Source: Macrostomum lignano
Taxonomy: Eukaryota
Direction of reading: 5' to 3'
Assembly: GCA_002269645.1 (NCBI GenBank)
Contig: NIVC01000519.1
Span: 1 to 50,911, forward strand
DNA: 50,911 bases
Below, one piece after another: positions 19,501-31,310 of the stretch; the stretch's first letter is position 1, and each line of letters begins with the position of its first letter. Made by a program: the position numbers and the translations under genes. Below the pieces are notes generated by a model. That model worked only from the letters and a program-made list of their open reading frames with translations, had not been told where the DNA came from and searched no databases.

Positions 19501-21670
19501 CCAATTCTCTTGCCAGATCGCCTTAGCAACCAACTCTCTTGCCAGACCTCCTTAGTAACCAACTCTCTTGCCAGATCCCCTTAGCAACCAGCCCTCTTCC
19601 TAGATTTACAGCCGCTCACCTGTCTCGTCCCGCTGTACAGCAGCCTTGCAGTGACATCAAGCAGGCCGGCGGACACCTGCGCCTCGGCGCCAACCCCATT
19701 GAGCCGGACGCTGCGCCGCATAGCCAAGGAGGCCTCGCACAGCAGGGGCCGCCAGTCGAATTCTGTACTGCTGACCAGCTGACGGTGTTCGCCAGAGTCG
19801 TGCCGCAGCAGCACCAGGTGCAGCGGGTCGGACAGGCCCAGCAGAGAGGCATCGCCCAGCCCGGGCTTGGCCAGCTCAATGTAGAATGTCTCGCCAATTT
19901 TGGGATTGCTGACGCAGGCAAATTGCCGGGAGTGAAACCGCTGGCCGCCCGGCCCGAAAGCCAGGTGGAGGCTCATCTGAGCGGCTTCATCGTCGGAGTC
20001 GCCGACGCCCAAGCCGACAAAGGCGCGGCCTTCGTGCACCTCGAGCGCTAGGAAGACTGCCCCGCGGGAGAGGCCGTTGGCCACCGCCTCGTCTGCGGAT
20101 TCAGGGAACACATTGAGTAAAAATAAATGAAGGCTGTATACCTACAAGAGATGCGTGGCCATATTAATTGTCATGCGATTTGAATTTATGAGGGACAACC
20201 CCCAAGGCACAGAGAGAGTACATGTCTGCAGCCTAATGGTAGAGTACATGGCAGAGTGCAGTATTGGTGCATCTGTATGTGCTCAGTGAGTCAGCAGAAT
20301 GGGGCAGAATTTCCGTCAGCGCTGGTTGTGGGGCAATTTTGCTCTAAAGTCATTGCACCAGAGATGACAATGGCTGTCTTGCAAATATTCACTTATTTAT
20401 TCAAGCCAGATCAGGAAACACCAGATTTTATAGATTTCCAACCATTTTTTTTAGGAAAGTCAGCAGTTTTGATATTAGTTTCTTCAAATTCATTTTGCTT
20501 ATATATAGAATTACTATAACTCAGTTAAAAATGTCAAATACACTTGGTTCACTTATTTACTACTTTCTTTGTAGTATTAAATTGGCCTTTTATACTATAC
20601 ATTATAATTATAAGCAATGATATTAATAATTATATATTATTATAGCTTGGATCATATAAATTTACTAATCTAATATTAATACTTAAATTAAATTATTAAA
20701 AATTATATTTAGTATATATTTATTATTCTATCAATTTAATTTTTTTCTTCAAAAAACAATAACAAACATTTAAAAAGCATAAATAAATCAAACATTATTT
20801 ACAATCTTCAAAATGCAGTCATATATATTTTATTTGGCTATTTGTTATTTTCAAATATATTACATAATTTTTACAACTTTTTATAAAATTAAAAGACGCA
20901 TTTTTTTTAATTTAGAATCTATATTGTGGGCAGGTAAAACAAGTGGGCTTTAGCCGTTTTTAATGGCTGAGTGACCTGCCTCGCTGCCCTCCTTTTTATT
21001 TAATTAGAATAAATGTTAACTATTCTATAAGTTATTTTTATCATAAATAATAATTAATGAAGGCATAAAATATAAAAGATAATAATATTTATGCTTATAT
21101 TTTAAATAATATCTGAATTTTTATTTAAAAAGCTGTTTCAAATGGTTAGCAAAGCGAAAAAATAATATTTTATAATAACATTCTACTTGATATACACAAA
21201 TACCTGCTTAGGCTTTTAAGTATAGGGGCCTATAATCAATAATATAGCCTAACTAAAACTTCCCTTGAATTATTATAATAAAATAAATGCAAGTATGGCA
21301 CTGGTACAAGTAACAAATTTTGAAAGATGTTATACTTACATGTTTTGCCCTGCACTTCTTTTATTTGTGGATTAGATGCAGACAGGTTCATTTGTGACAA
21401 TACTTTATCCTTCACCTCTTCAACAATGTTTTGAACTTCTTTATTTGAAACAAGTTCAGCTTCAAGTCTTCCTTTGGGTCTTGTTGTCTCGGTGTGCACA
21501 TGGTCATGAAAATCATGACTAAAAAGATCACTGCCTAGCAATTCATTGGCATCCTGGCCTACTAGGTTTCTATCTCTAATCAGTCCTTCGATATCAATTT
21601 TCTCTAATTCGCGTTGGATAATTTCACCTAAAACTTGAAGATGGTTAGCATCATCCAAGCTGAAATCCAT
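16397..21670 (-). CDS. CEP76: Centrosomal protein of 76 kDa; 5 exons (21670-21340, 20092-19620, 19185-18608, 17857-17392, 16579-16397), 2031 nt, 676 aa
   Basis: All four introns are GT-AG with matching phases (1, 0, 2, 0). Recognisable CEP76 segments: C2 domain, ERLFVLYASQWWSEY, KPLRAGRLIESPRHAARFV, GDTGDHAALLCSLLLGFGLDAYV, PYTRIGCLFNH, RWKPMSEEAI, FRGYPLQ, CRGDRVRL...YAESACATWLM. Confidence 0.93.
16606..17335. repeat. 20-mer minisatellite filling CEP76 intron 4
   Basis: TCACTCCTGACACATTCTAG variants in tandem. Confidence 0.95.
17392..17857 (-). CDS. CEP76: CEP76 exon 4
   Basis: Acceptor tttcag|, donor cag|gtgcgt; encodes HPYTRIGCLFNH to FRGYPLQ. Confidence 0.93.
18259..18549. mobile_element. 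Possible DNA-transposon terminus (CACT-type end with subterminal CAAGATAAC repeats)
   Basis: Minus strand starts CACTCTGG at about 18549. CAAGATAAC occurs in both orientations and a 39-bp segment is duplicated (18259 and 18361). No partner end was found. Confidence 0.3.
18608..19185 (-). CDS. CEP76: CEP76 exon 3
   Basis: Acceptor cccag|att, donor ag|gtagga; transglutaminase-like core region of CEP76. Confidence 0.93.
19225..19590. repeat. 29-bp minisatellite in CEP76 intron 2 (CTTAGCAACCAACTCTCTTGCCAGATCCC)
   Basis: About 12 units, with shorter degenerate units at the left end. Confidence 0.92.
19620..20092 (-). CDS. CEP76: CEP76 exon 2 (C2 domain)
   Basis: Acceptor ccgcag|, donor cag|gtgagc; LEVHEGRAF...QRFHS...DPLHLVLL...FDWRPLL...LNGVGAEAQVSAGLL. 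Confidence 0.92.
21340..21670 (-). CDS. CEP76: CEP76 exon 1 (AT-rich)
   Basis: MDFSLDD...LGEIIQRELEKIDIEGLIRD resembles the CEP76 N-terminal helix. Donor t|gtaagt is phase 1, matching exon 2. Confidence 0.75.
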
Positions 21671-23143
21671 ATTTAGTTTTTCGATTTCAGTGAGAAGACA
21701 ACCGAAATTAATGCACAATGATGAAGTATTTTTTTTATAAAACTACGAACAAGTGACTGTGGCAAAAGCAATAAAAGTTCAGTTTCAGGATTTAATGAAC
21801 CGGAACTCTTATTTATCTATTATTAAGGATAGCCCTATTCGAGCAAAAAGACGCAAGCAGCCGGCGCAATTCTTGTATACTTTTATTGTGCCTTCAAAAA
21901 AGCTCTCTTCGTTTCCAATATTGAAATAGATCTATTTTCATTAGAACCGATTTTAGTATAACAACAAGGGTAAAACTGATATAATGATATTGATACAATA
22001 GTCTTTAAATTTCTAGTGACACATTTAGATTATATATGTTTCTTTATATTTAAGATATCTTAAATATATATTTAAGCCAATCTATACTTCAATTAAATTT
22101 TAAGCCGCTGGTGGTAACCTTTTGATTGCGCAACAAAGAATATTTCACGAAAGGTGATCTTCATAATTCATGGTTCCTAAAAGCCTCTGGCAATGTTTTT
22201 GTAATAATATCTGAAGACATCTTATTTTTATTGCATGTCAAGATAACTATAAAAAGTATATGACACTCATGGAAAGAAGTGCATATCATGATTTGTTCGG
22301 TATGTTATATAGGGCACCGCGGGCACAGATTCAATTTTGGATACTAATAACTCAAATGGAAACAAAGGTATTGCAATTTCAATATAGTATTTTGTTCGTC
22401 TCAACCTGAAGAAAGATACGTGTACATCTACATGTACTTCGTATCTTTATGCTGAGAATTTGATAGTACGCTCGTACCATATGCAAAACTTAATGCTATT
22501 TGAGTCTTTTGTAGTTAATATTTGGCCATATCGAGTGTTCAAAACCTGAGATGCACTAACTATAGAATACTTTCAAACCAGACATATTATGAGCAGCAAA
22601 ATAGATCAGTGGCATCCATGTGCTGCTGTAACAACGCTTTCAACGACTGAAAACTAAAAATCCCAATATATGGCGAATTCGCCTTGAAACTCTGGTGCTA
22701 AATGTAAAAGCAGCCTCGACTAAGCCGCTTCCCGCGAGCTGTAGGTAATCCACGCAAGTGCTTGATGGCGAAAGAGACTCTTATGGGGATCGTATTACAC
22801 AAACCACAGCCGAGGAAATGACTGGTCAGAGAAAGAGATCGGCGTGTCTAAGCGGATTTCGCATCGCAGACACTGCAGATGATTTCTCGCCGGCCTGGGA
22901 AAAAGGAAACGCCCCATTCTGATCAGAGTATATTTTCAGATGGAGGCCGAACTGGCAAAGCGGCTGACACTCCACTGGCGGCTTGACTTGGTGTCATGCC
23001 GCGTTGAGGTATAAAAGACAATCGATTCTTTTTACGAGTGCTGCTCGCACTTTCTGCTGACCCGAGAAGGCCGTGGGCTGCACAACGATAGTGATTTCGA
23101 ATTCAAGGTAGGACAGACAAAGCTGGCAGTCTGATGCAATTGC

Positions 23144-23983
<840 letters not shown>

Positions 23984-24289
23984 ATGACTATGTGAAACGT
24001 GGGACGCATATGTAACGTGATTAAAATGACAGAAAACAAAAGCTAACATCAATAGAGAGCTAGCGGAATTAAGTGACCGTGAAAGGAGAAGTGAGACAGA
24101 CGTCATGCTGCAGAGAACTGTCGTTCCAAATTTGACATTTTATTCGTATACGAGATAAAGCCCTGTCGCTGTGACCTGTGCAAACACCCTCACGGTCAAC
24201 GCGGTTTCAGCTTTGCTTTTACATCTGTTCTACCTTCTTCCTTCCTCTTTCTTCCTGACTAATGCGACCAGAACTGTCTGCCCTAGTGG

Positions 24290-24770
24290 TAACACCCACC
24301 TCATTCCGCTTTTCTCCGTCACCCAGGCCCCCGACTGCAGTAGCCCCTACACCCACCTCACTCCGCTTTCCTCCCTCATCCAGGCCCCCGACTGCAGTAG
24401 CCCCTACACCCACCTCACTCCGCTTTCCTCCCTCATCCAGGCCCCCGACTGCAGTAGATCCTACACCCACCTCACTCCGCTTTCCTCCCTCATCCAGGCC
24501 CCCGACTGCAGTAGATCCTACACCCACCTCACTCCGCTTTCCTCCCTCATCCAGGCCCCCGACTGCAGTAGATCCTACACCCAACTCACTCCGCTTTCCT
24601 CCCTCATCCAGGCCCCCGACTGCAGTAGATCCTACACCCACCTCACTCCGCTTTCCTCCCTCACCCAGGCCCCCGACTGCAGTAGCCCCTACACCCACCT
24701 CACTCCGCTTTCATCCCTCACCCCACCTCACTCCACTTTCCTCCCTCACCCAGTCCCCCGACTGCAGCAG
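24290..24770. repeat. 57-bp minisatellite, about 8 units
   Basis: CACCCACCTCACTCCGCTTTCCTCCCTCATCCAGGCCCCCGACTGCAGTAGATCCTA repeated. Confidence 0.95.
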
Positions 24771-25909
24771 AACCCAACACCCACCCCTCTATCAAAGACA
24801 TCAGATTAGGCCTTTTAATTACACCCGTATTCTACAAAATAATGATTGATGAATTCTGTAATCTCTTGCCCAATTATAAGCCTTTCTTTTCTAATCGGAT
24901 TTAGAAGGATGTCATTCATCAATCGATATTCCAGGACGTCTAATCCCTAGCAATAGTCTACCTTGGGATCTCAGCCTGACATGATTTTTAAATTCCAGAG
25001 TGGGATACAAACATTGTTTAATCGAAATCCCCCCTCTTGCCTCTCTTCAAATCTCTCTCGCGCGCTCCCCCAAGATTGTACAAAAGGTTGCACTGGATTA
25101 CAAAAACAAATTCAAAAGCAAGAAAAAATTGTCCGCGCACTATGCCGGATGCCATAAACCATGCGCTGCGCATTAATTTTGCGTCCCACCTTTAGGCTGC
25201 TAATTAAGAGAGAGTATTAGGGCCGGCCACTCCGTCTCTGGGTGGTATTTTCATAAATGTGCACTTGAACAGCACACAGAAATGCGCGATTCGTGCACCA
25301 GTGCATCAGCGCTTAACTAAGAAAATTAAGGGGGTGTTTTCTAGAAAAAACTGGTTCGTTTTCAATTTCAAAGTCTCCCGGCATCCGTAACTGCTGAATC
25401 CCGGCCTCCATCAGCCAGTGATTTATTACACGTAGCAGGCCAGTTCGGCAGTCCCTTGGGACCGTAGAATCCGCCCGCTTGGGCTGAGTCTCCAGCCGCT
25501 GGGCGCGGATCAAGGATGAGGGCGGGGAGTGGTGAGATCAGCGATAAGCAGAGGAAGGAAGCCGCAACCGGTCTGAGGGGAGACTGAGGTGAACAGCAAC
25601 AGATATTATGAGATGCTCTCCACGTATACTTAGTCCCTGCATAATCTTCTTCCTGCAGACGGTCGGTCGCAGAATCAAGCAAAGATATTTACAGTTAGAC
25701 AGCGAGAGCCTCAACCAACGGAGTTTAGTTATTATATTACCAAAGTCTGCCCTAACAGAAGCGGACCCTGCGACTGCTTCTAGGAAATCAATCATTACAA
25801 ATTGGACTGGGCGTTCATCCAGCACCCTATTGATTCGGGTGAACTGGCTTTCAATTTCGCCACTACATCTAGTATGCCCCCATCTGGAATTCAATTCACT
25901 CTCTCCTCA

Positions 25910-27070
25910 CTCATCCTTCACCATCTCTCCACCGTCTCCTCTCCACCATCTCCTCTCTACCGTCTCCTCTCCACCATCTCCTCTCCACCATCTCCTCTCC
26001 ACCCTCTCCTCTCCACCGTCTCCTCTCCACCATCTCCTCTCCACCGTCTCCTCTCCACCATCTCCTCTCCACCGTCTCCTCTCCACCCTCTCCTCTCCAC
26101 CGTCTCCTCTCCACCCTCTCCTCTCCACCGTCTCCTCTCCACCCTCTCCTCTCCACCGTCTCCTCTCCACCATCTTCCTCTCCACCCTCTCCTCTCCACC
26201 GTCTCCTCTCCACCATCTCCTCTCACCCCTCTCCTCTCCACCCTCTCCTCTCCACCGTCTCCTCTCCACCGTCTCCTCTCCACCGTCTCCTCTCCACCGT
26301 CTCCTCTCCACCTTCTCCTCTCCACCATCTCCTCTCCACCGTCTCCTCTCCACCATCTCCTCTCCACCGTCTCCTCTCCACCATCTTCCTCTCCACCCTC
26401 TCCTCTCCACCATCTCCTCTCCACCATCTTCCTCTCCACCGTCTCCTCTCCACCATCTCCTCTCCACCATCTCCTCTCCACCCTCTCCTCTCCACCGTCT
26501 CCTCTCCACCATCTCCTCTCCACCGTCTCCTCTCCACCATCTCCTCTCCACCGTCTCCTCTCCACCCTCTCCTCTCCACCGTCTCCTCTCCACCCTCTCC
26601 TCTCCACCGTCTCCTCTCCACCCTCTCCTCTCCACCGTCTCCTCTCCACCATCTTCCTCTCCACCCTCTCCTCTCCACCGTCTCCTCTCCACCATCTTCC
26701 TCTCCACCCTCTCCTCTCCACCGTCTCCTCTCCACCATCTCCTCTCACCCCTCTCCTCTCCACCCTCTCCTCTCACCCCTCTCCTCTCCACCCTCTCCTC
26801 TCACCCCTCTCCTCTCCACCCTCTCCTCTCACCCCTCTCCTCTCCACCCTCTCCTCTCCACCCTCTCCTCCTCATCCTCTCCTCTCTACTCTCTCCTCTC
26901 TACTCTCTCCTCTCCACTCTCCCCCTCTCCACTCTCTCCTCTCCAGCCACCCTCTCCTCTCCACCCTCTCCTCTCCACCCTCTCCTTTCCGCCATCTCCT
27001 CTCCACCCTCTCCTTTCCGCCATCTCCTCTCCACCCTCTCCTTTCCGCCATCTCCTCTCCACCTTCTCCC
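25910..27070. repeat. Pyrimidine-rich repeat, about 13-mer TCTCCTCTCCACC
   Basis: Direct tandem repeats. Confidence 0.95.
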
Positions 27071-27809
27071 ATGCACCGTCTCCCCCATCTTTCCGCTTCC
27101 CATTTCTCCTCTCCCTTGCACTCCTGTCTGCCGTCTGCATCTCCCCGATTCGAAAGGACGCCAGACAAATAAGCCGGGTCCAAGTGATCCGCAGCGAGGA
27201 TTGAACAGAAGGCCCAGCACAGAACGGAGAAACTGAAACCTGCCAGTCAGAAGTGGGGAGGTGGCATTGAATAAACTAAAACAGTGAATAGTAGGCCAAT
27301 GAGGTTACCGTATTGCAGTCCAGATTTGCCATTGGTCGCCAACACTGACCAACCCACCCTTGTGCGTCGGGGTGCACAGATCAGCGAAGAGAGAGAGAGA
27401 GAGAGAGCGGGAGGGGCAGCTGCGCCCGTTCTTTGCCAAGGCGAGTCAGCAGCAGCGGCTAAAAATTTCCAAAGAGACAAAAAGCTTTAGAGGGGATTTG
27501 GCCCGCCACTAGACAGTATAATATAGGAACGAATAAGAGACGATTAAGCGTATAGTTGAAAAAGAGAGTAAGAGAGACCAAGAGAGAGAGAGCTAGAGAC
27601 AGAAGACGTCGGCCAAGGCGGATCGGGATCGTCATTATAAAACTGTCAGTCAATCAATATCGAGTTATTGGCAAGGACGAGAGGACAGCCGGAGAGGACT
27701 ACCGAGTTCAGATCAAGGAGGCATGCCAGTCTGTTGCTGACTTTACTCCTGTCGCTCTGAGTTGATGCGCTCGAGCGCTGGTCCAGGTAATGCTTTGTTC
27801 GGTTAGAGG

Positions 27810-28250
27810 GACCTTCCACGGAGCTTCAGCAGGCGCCGCTGCCTCCCACAGAGCTTCAGCGGGGCGCCGCTGCCTCCCACAGAGCTTCAGCGGGCACCGC
27901 TGTCTCGCACGGAGCTTCAGTGGGGCGCCGCTGCCTCCCACGGAGCTTCAGTGGGGCGCCGCTAGCCGCTGCCTCCCACGGAGCTTCAGTGGGCGCCGCT
28001 GCCTCCCATGAGGCTCCAGTGGGCGCCGCTGCCTCCCATGAGGCTTCAGTGGGCGCCGCTGCCTCCCATGAGGCTCCAGTGGGCGCCGCTGCCTCCCATG
28101 AAGCTCCTGTGGGCGCCGCTGCCTCCCATGAGGCTTCAGTGGGCGCCGCTGCCTCCCATGAGGCTTCAGTGGGCGCCGCTGCCTCCCATGAGGCTTCAGT
28201 GGGCGCCGCTGCCTCCCATGAGGCTTCAGTGGGCGCCGCTGCCTCCCAAT
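27810..28250. repeat. 30-bp GC-rich minisatellite GGGCGCCGCTGCCTCCCATGAGGCTTCAGT
   Basis: Direct tandem repeats. Confidence 0.95.
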
Positions 28251-29084
28251 CCAATCCAATCTAATCCATAGCTTCTCTATCCATGCAAGCCATTTTCTCA
28301 CCTTTAACATTTCCTGATCCTATAATAATCAATTTCGAAGCAGTCATTGCCGGGTACCAGCAGAGGAAATTATTCCCAGATATTGTTCATGACTGCCTGG
28401 GTAGGGAGATGAGATGCTTATCAAGATAAACACTATCATGACATGCTCAGCAGCTCTGCAGACTATTTTCACCTCAATCCAGTAGAGATAAGCCTCTTCC
28501 CACCCCTAACCCTCAAGTCCTGGAAGTCACACCTGGATCCCCGTGACCACCTCCGCCAGTGTCTCTCCGCGTCAACCAAATAGAGCCGCATTCCAATACG
28601 CGCAATTTCTTTATTGAAGCCGACACGACACGCCTGCCCGTAACCATTTGCGACGAGATTTTTGCGCTGCGCCAGCCGTCGCCCCAATGTTTTTTTGTTG
28701 GATGGCTGGCCACCCCCCCCCCCGGGTTGCCAGTGAATCTCTGGGCAGAAATGCTAATTAGAATTTGCAACAGCCAGCCGTACTTCCAGTGTTTCCCTTC
28801 CCCTTCATCCTACCCTCCCCCATCAGCTTCCCGGATTCGATTCCAGTAGCTCCATCGTTTCTATTTCTGTGCAGCTTCCCGCCCAGTGCGTTGCCGTTGC
28901 CCGCAGCTGGCTTGGCGCGGCCGCCTTCTCCCGGATCTCTGGCGGCTGACTGCAATCCCCCTCCCCACTGGCTGTGATTTCTGATCCCAAAACACCGCCG
29001 CTGCACAGCCATCCCTGCATAGCCTCGATGACTCCGCTTTCCTGTGCAGCTGCCCACTGCCCGCTACCTGCTTTCAGTCCCTCT

Positions 29085-29109
29085 GTGTCTGTCTGTCTGT
29101 CTGTCTTAG

Positions 29110-29188
<79 letters not shown>

Positions 29189-29212
29189 ATATCTGTCTAT
29201 CTGTCTGTCTGA
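29085..29212. repeat. (CTGT)n microsatellite
   Basis: Direct observation. Confidence 0.95.
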
Positions 29213-29382
29213 CTAGGCTGAGTAAATCAATGTGAAGCCGTCAGTGAAAGCGGGCAGAACAGAAGCACAGCAAGCCAGGCTGGCAGGGGATGATTTGAGC
29301 GCGACTCAACTTTATTTTTCTCTCTCCATTGTCTGTTGCGCGCCGTCAAATTTCTGCCTCTCAGTGAAGCTCTTCCAGCCGC

Positions 29383-29465
29383 TGACTGCAGCCCCAGTGC
29401 CATTCTGCAACTGTTGCATTCAGACTGCAGCCCCAGTGCCATTCTGCAACTGTTGCATTCAGACT
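29383..29465. repeat. 39-bp tandem duplication (2 copies)
   Basis: GACTGCAGCCCCAGTGCCATTCTGCAACTGTTGCATTCA occurs twice. Confidence 0.9.
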
Positions 29466-29593
29466 CTTGACAATTGAGAGGCGAGGCATCCAGACAGCTG
29501 AGGCCCCAGCCGCCACGCCCCCCCCCCCACCGCCTGCCCTCTCAGGTCCGCAGGCCTGGCCCACTGCCATAGTTTGAGCAGTTTGCTGCAGTC

Positions 29594-29687
29594 ATGAGCA
29601 GTCCGGGCTCCATCGACGCCGAGCGAGGCCGCCAGCTGTACCAGATGATGGAGGACCTAGGCATCGATCAGTGCAGCGGAGGCGGCA

Positions 29688-29732
<45 letters not shown>

Positions 29733-30124
29733 GCGTTGGCTGCGGACTGGACGGCCTCGGAAGCTGCGGAGGCGGCGGCATGGGCGGCGGCAGCGGCCTG
29801 CTGCAGAAGGACGTCGATTTGAACTCGAACGAGCGGCGCTACCTGCTTTCAGTGGAGATGGGCGACATGACCAGCGTGCGGCAGTACGTTGAAAACGCCG
29901 AAACGCTGAGCGTCAACGTCAACTGCGTGGATTCGCTCGGTCGATCGGCTGTGCTAATCGCCATCGAGTTTGAGCACATCGAACTGCTGGAGATGCTGCT
30001 CAGCTTCGGCTTCTTGGAGTTGGGCGACGCCCTGCTGCACGCCATCCAGGAAGAGAACGTTGTTGCCGTGGAGATGCTGCTGCACGCCCAGGCGGAGAAG
30101 CAGCAGAAGAAGCCGCAGGCTCCA
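29594..30124 (+). CDS. TRPC: TRPC exon: poly-Gly N-terminus and first ankyrin repeats
   Basis: [43 protein letters not shown]; donor cca|gtgagt. Confidence 0.93.
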
Positions 30125-30805
30125 GTGAGTTTCTTGGCATGTTTTTTTTAGTTTTCTGTCACCTACAGCAGGATGCACGAGGCGGTAAACGCGTCTGATT
30201 CATCTGGCCGAGGGGTGGTGGTCCCATGAGGGCCAACCCCCCCCCCCCCCCAAGGCACAGATAGTGTACATGCCTGATGATTAGAAAGTCACTGTACATC
30301 CTGTGTGAGCGTGTGTGTGTGTGCCTGCGTACAGTATTGGCGCGTGCTTGTATGCGCCCAGGGGTCAGCGAAATTGTTAATTTTGACTATTAAAAGTGTT
30401 GCCAGATTTACGCGAGTTTTATAAGCATAATTGAGGTAGACGGTGGGAGTTTGTTAATTCGGGTTAAAAACAACAATAAGATCCAGCTTATGAATTTTGA
30501 ATAGAGACCCTGGGCCTCTGGATTAATGAATTTCTGTCCTCCACTGGTCTGTAACGGGCAGTGCCTGCAGACGTTTTAATTGTAATTTAGACGTTTTAGC
30601 TGTAGTGATTGTAGCGCAGCCTCAGAGTCACGGTGCATCCCGGAAATTGCGTGACTGCGAGCCGGATGAAGCTGGGAGTCTGGTTGAGCTCCGTGGCTTT
30701 TTGCAAATTTGAGGAAGCTGCTTGCATAGGCAACTCACGAAAGGAAGATTTACACAAGCATTTTGTTCATTCGTTCGTTAGTTAGTTAGTTAGTTAGTTA
30801 GTTAT

Positions 30806-30900
<95 letters not shown>

Positions 30901-30901
30901 A

Positions 30902-30950
<49 letters not shown>

Positions 30951-30975
30951 CAGTTAGTTAGTTAGTTAGTTAGTC

Positions 30976-31024
<49 letters not shown>

Positions 31025-31025
31025 T

Positions 31026-31096
<71 letters not shown>

Positions 31097-31097
31097 A

Positions 31098-31166
<69 letters not shown>

Positions 31167-31191
31167 CAGTTAGTTAGTTAGTTAGTTAGTC

Positions 31192-31230
<39 letters not shown>

Positions 31231-31239
31231 CAGTCAGTC

Positions 31240-31310
<71 letters not shown>

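Noticed and set aside
25538-25894. Possible degenerate LINE RT fragment (RVLDERPVQFVMIDF)
   Set aside because: Only a loose resemblance to LDFSKAFD, with no further RT motifs. A profile search is needed.
24171-28310. Multiple Pro/Ser- or Arg/Gly/Glu-rich ORFs
   Set aside because: Products of the 57-, 13- and 30-bp tandem repeats.
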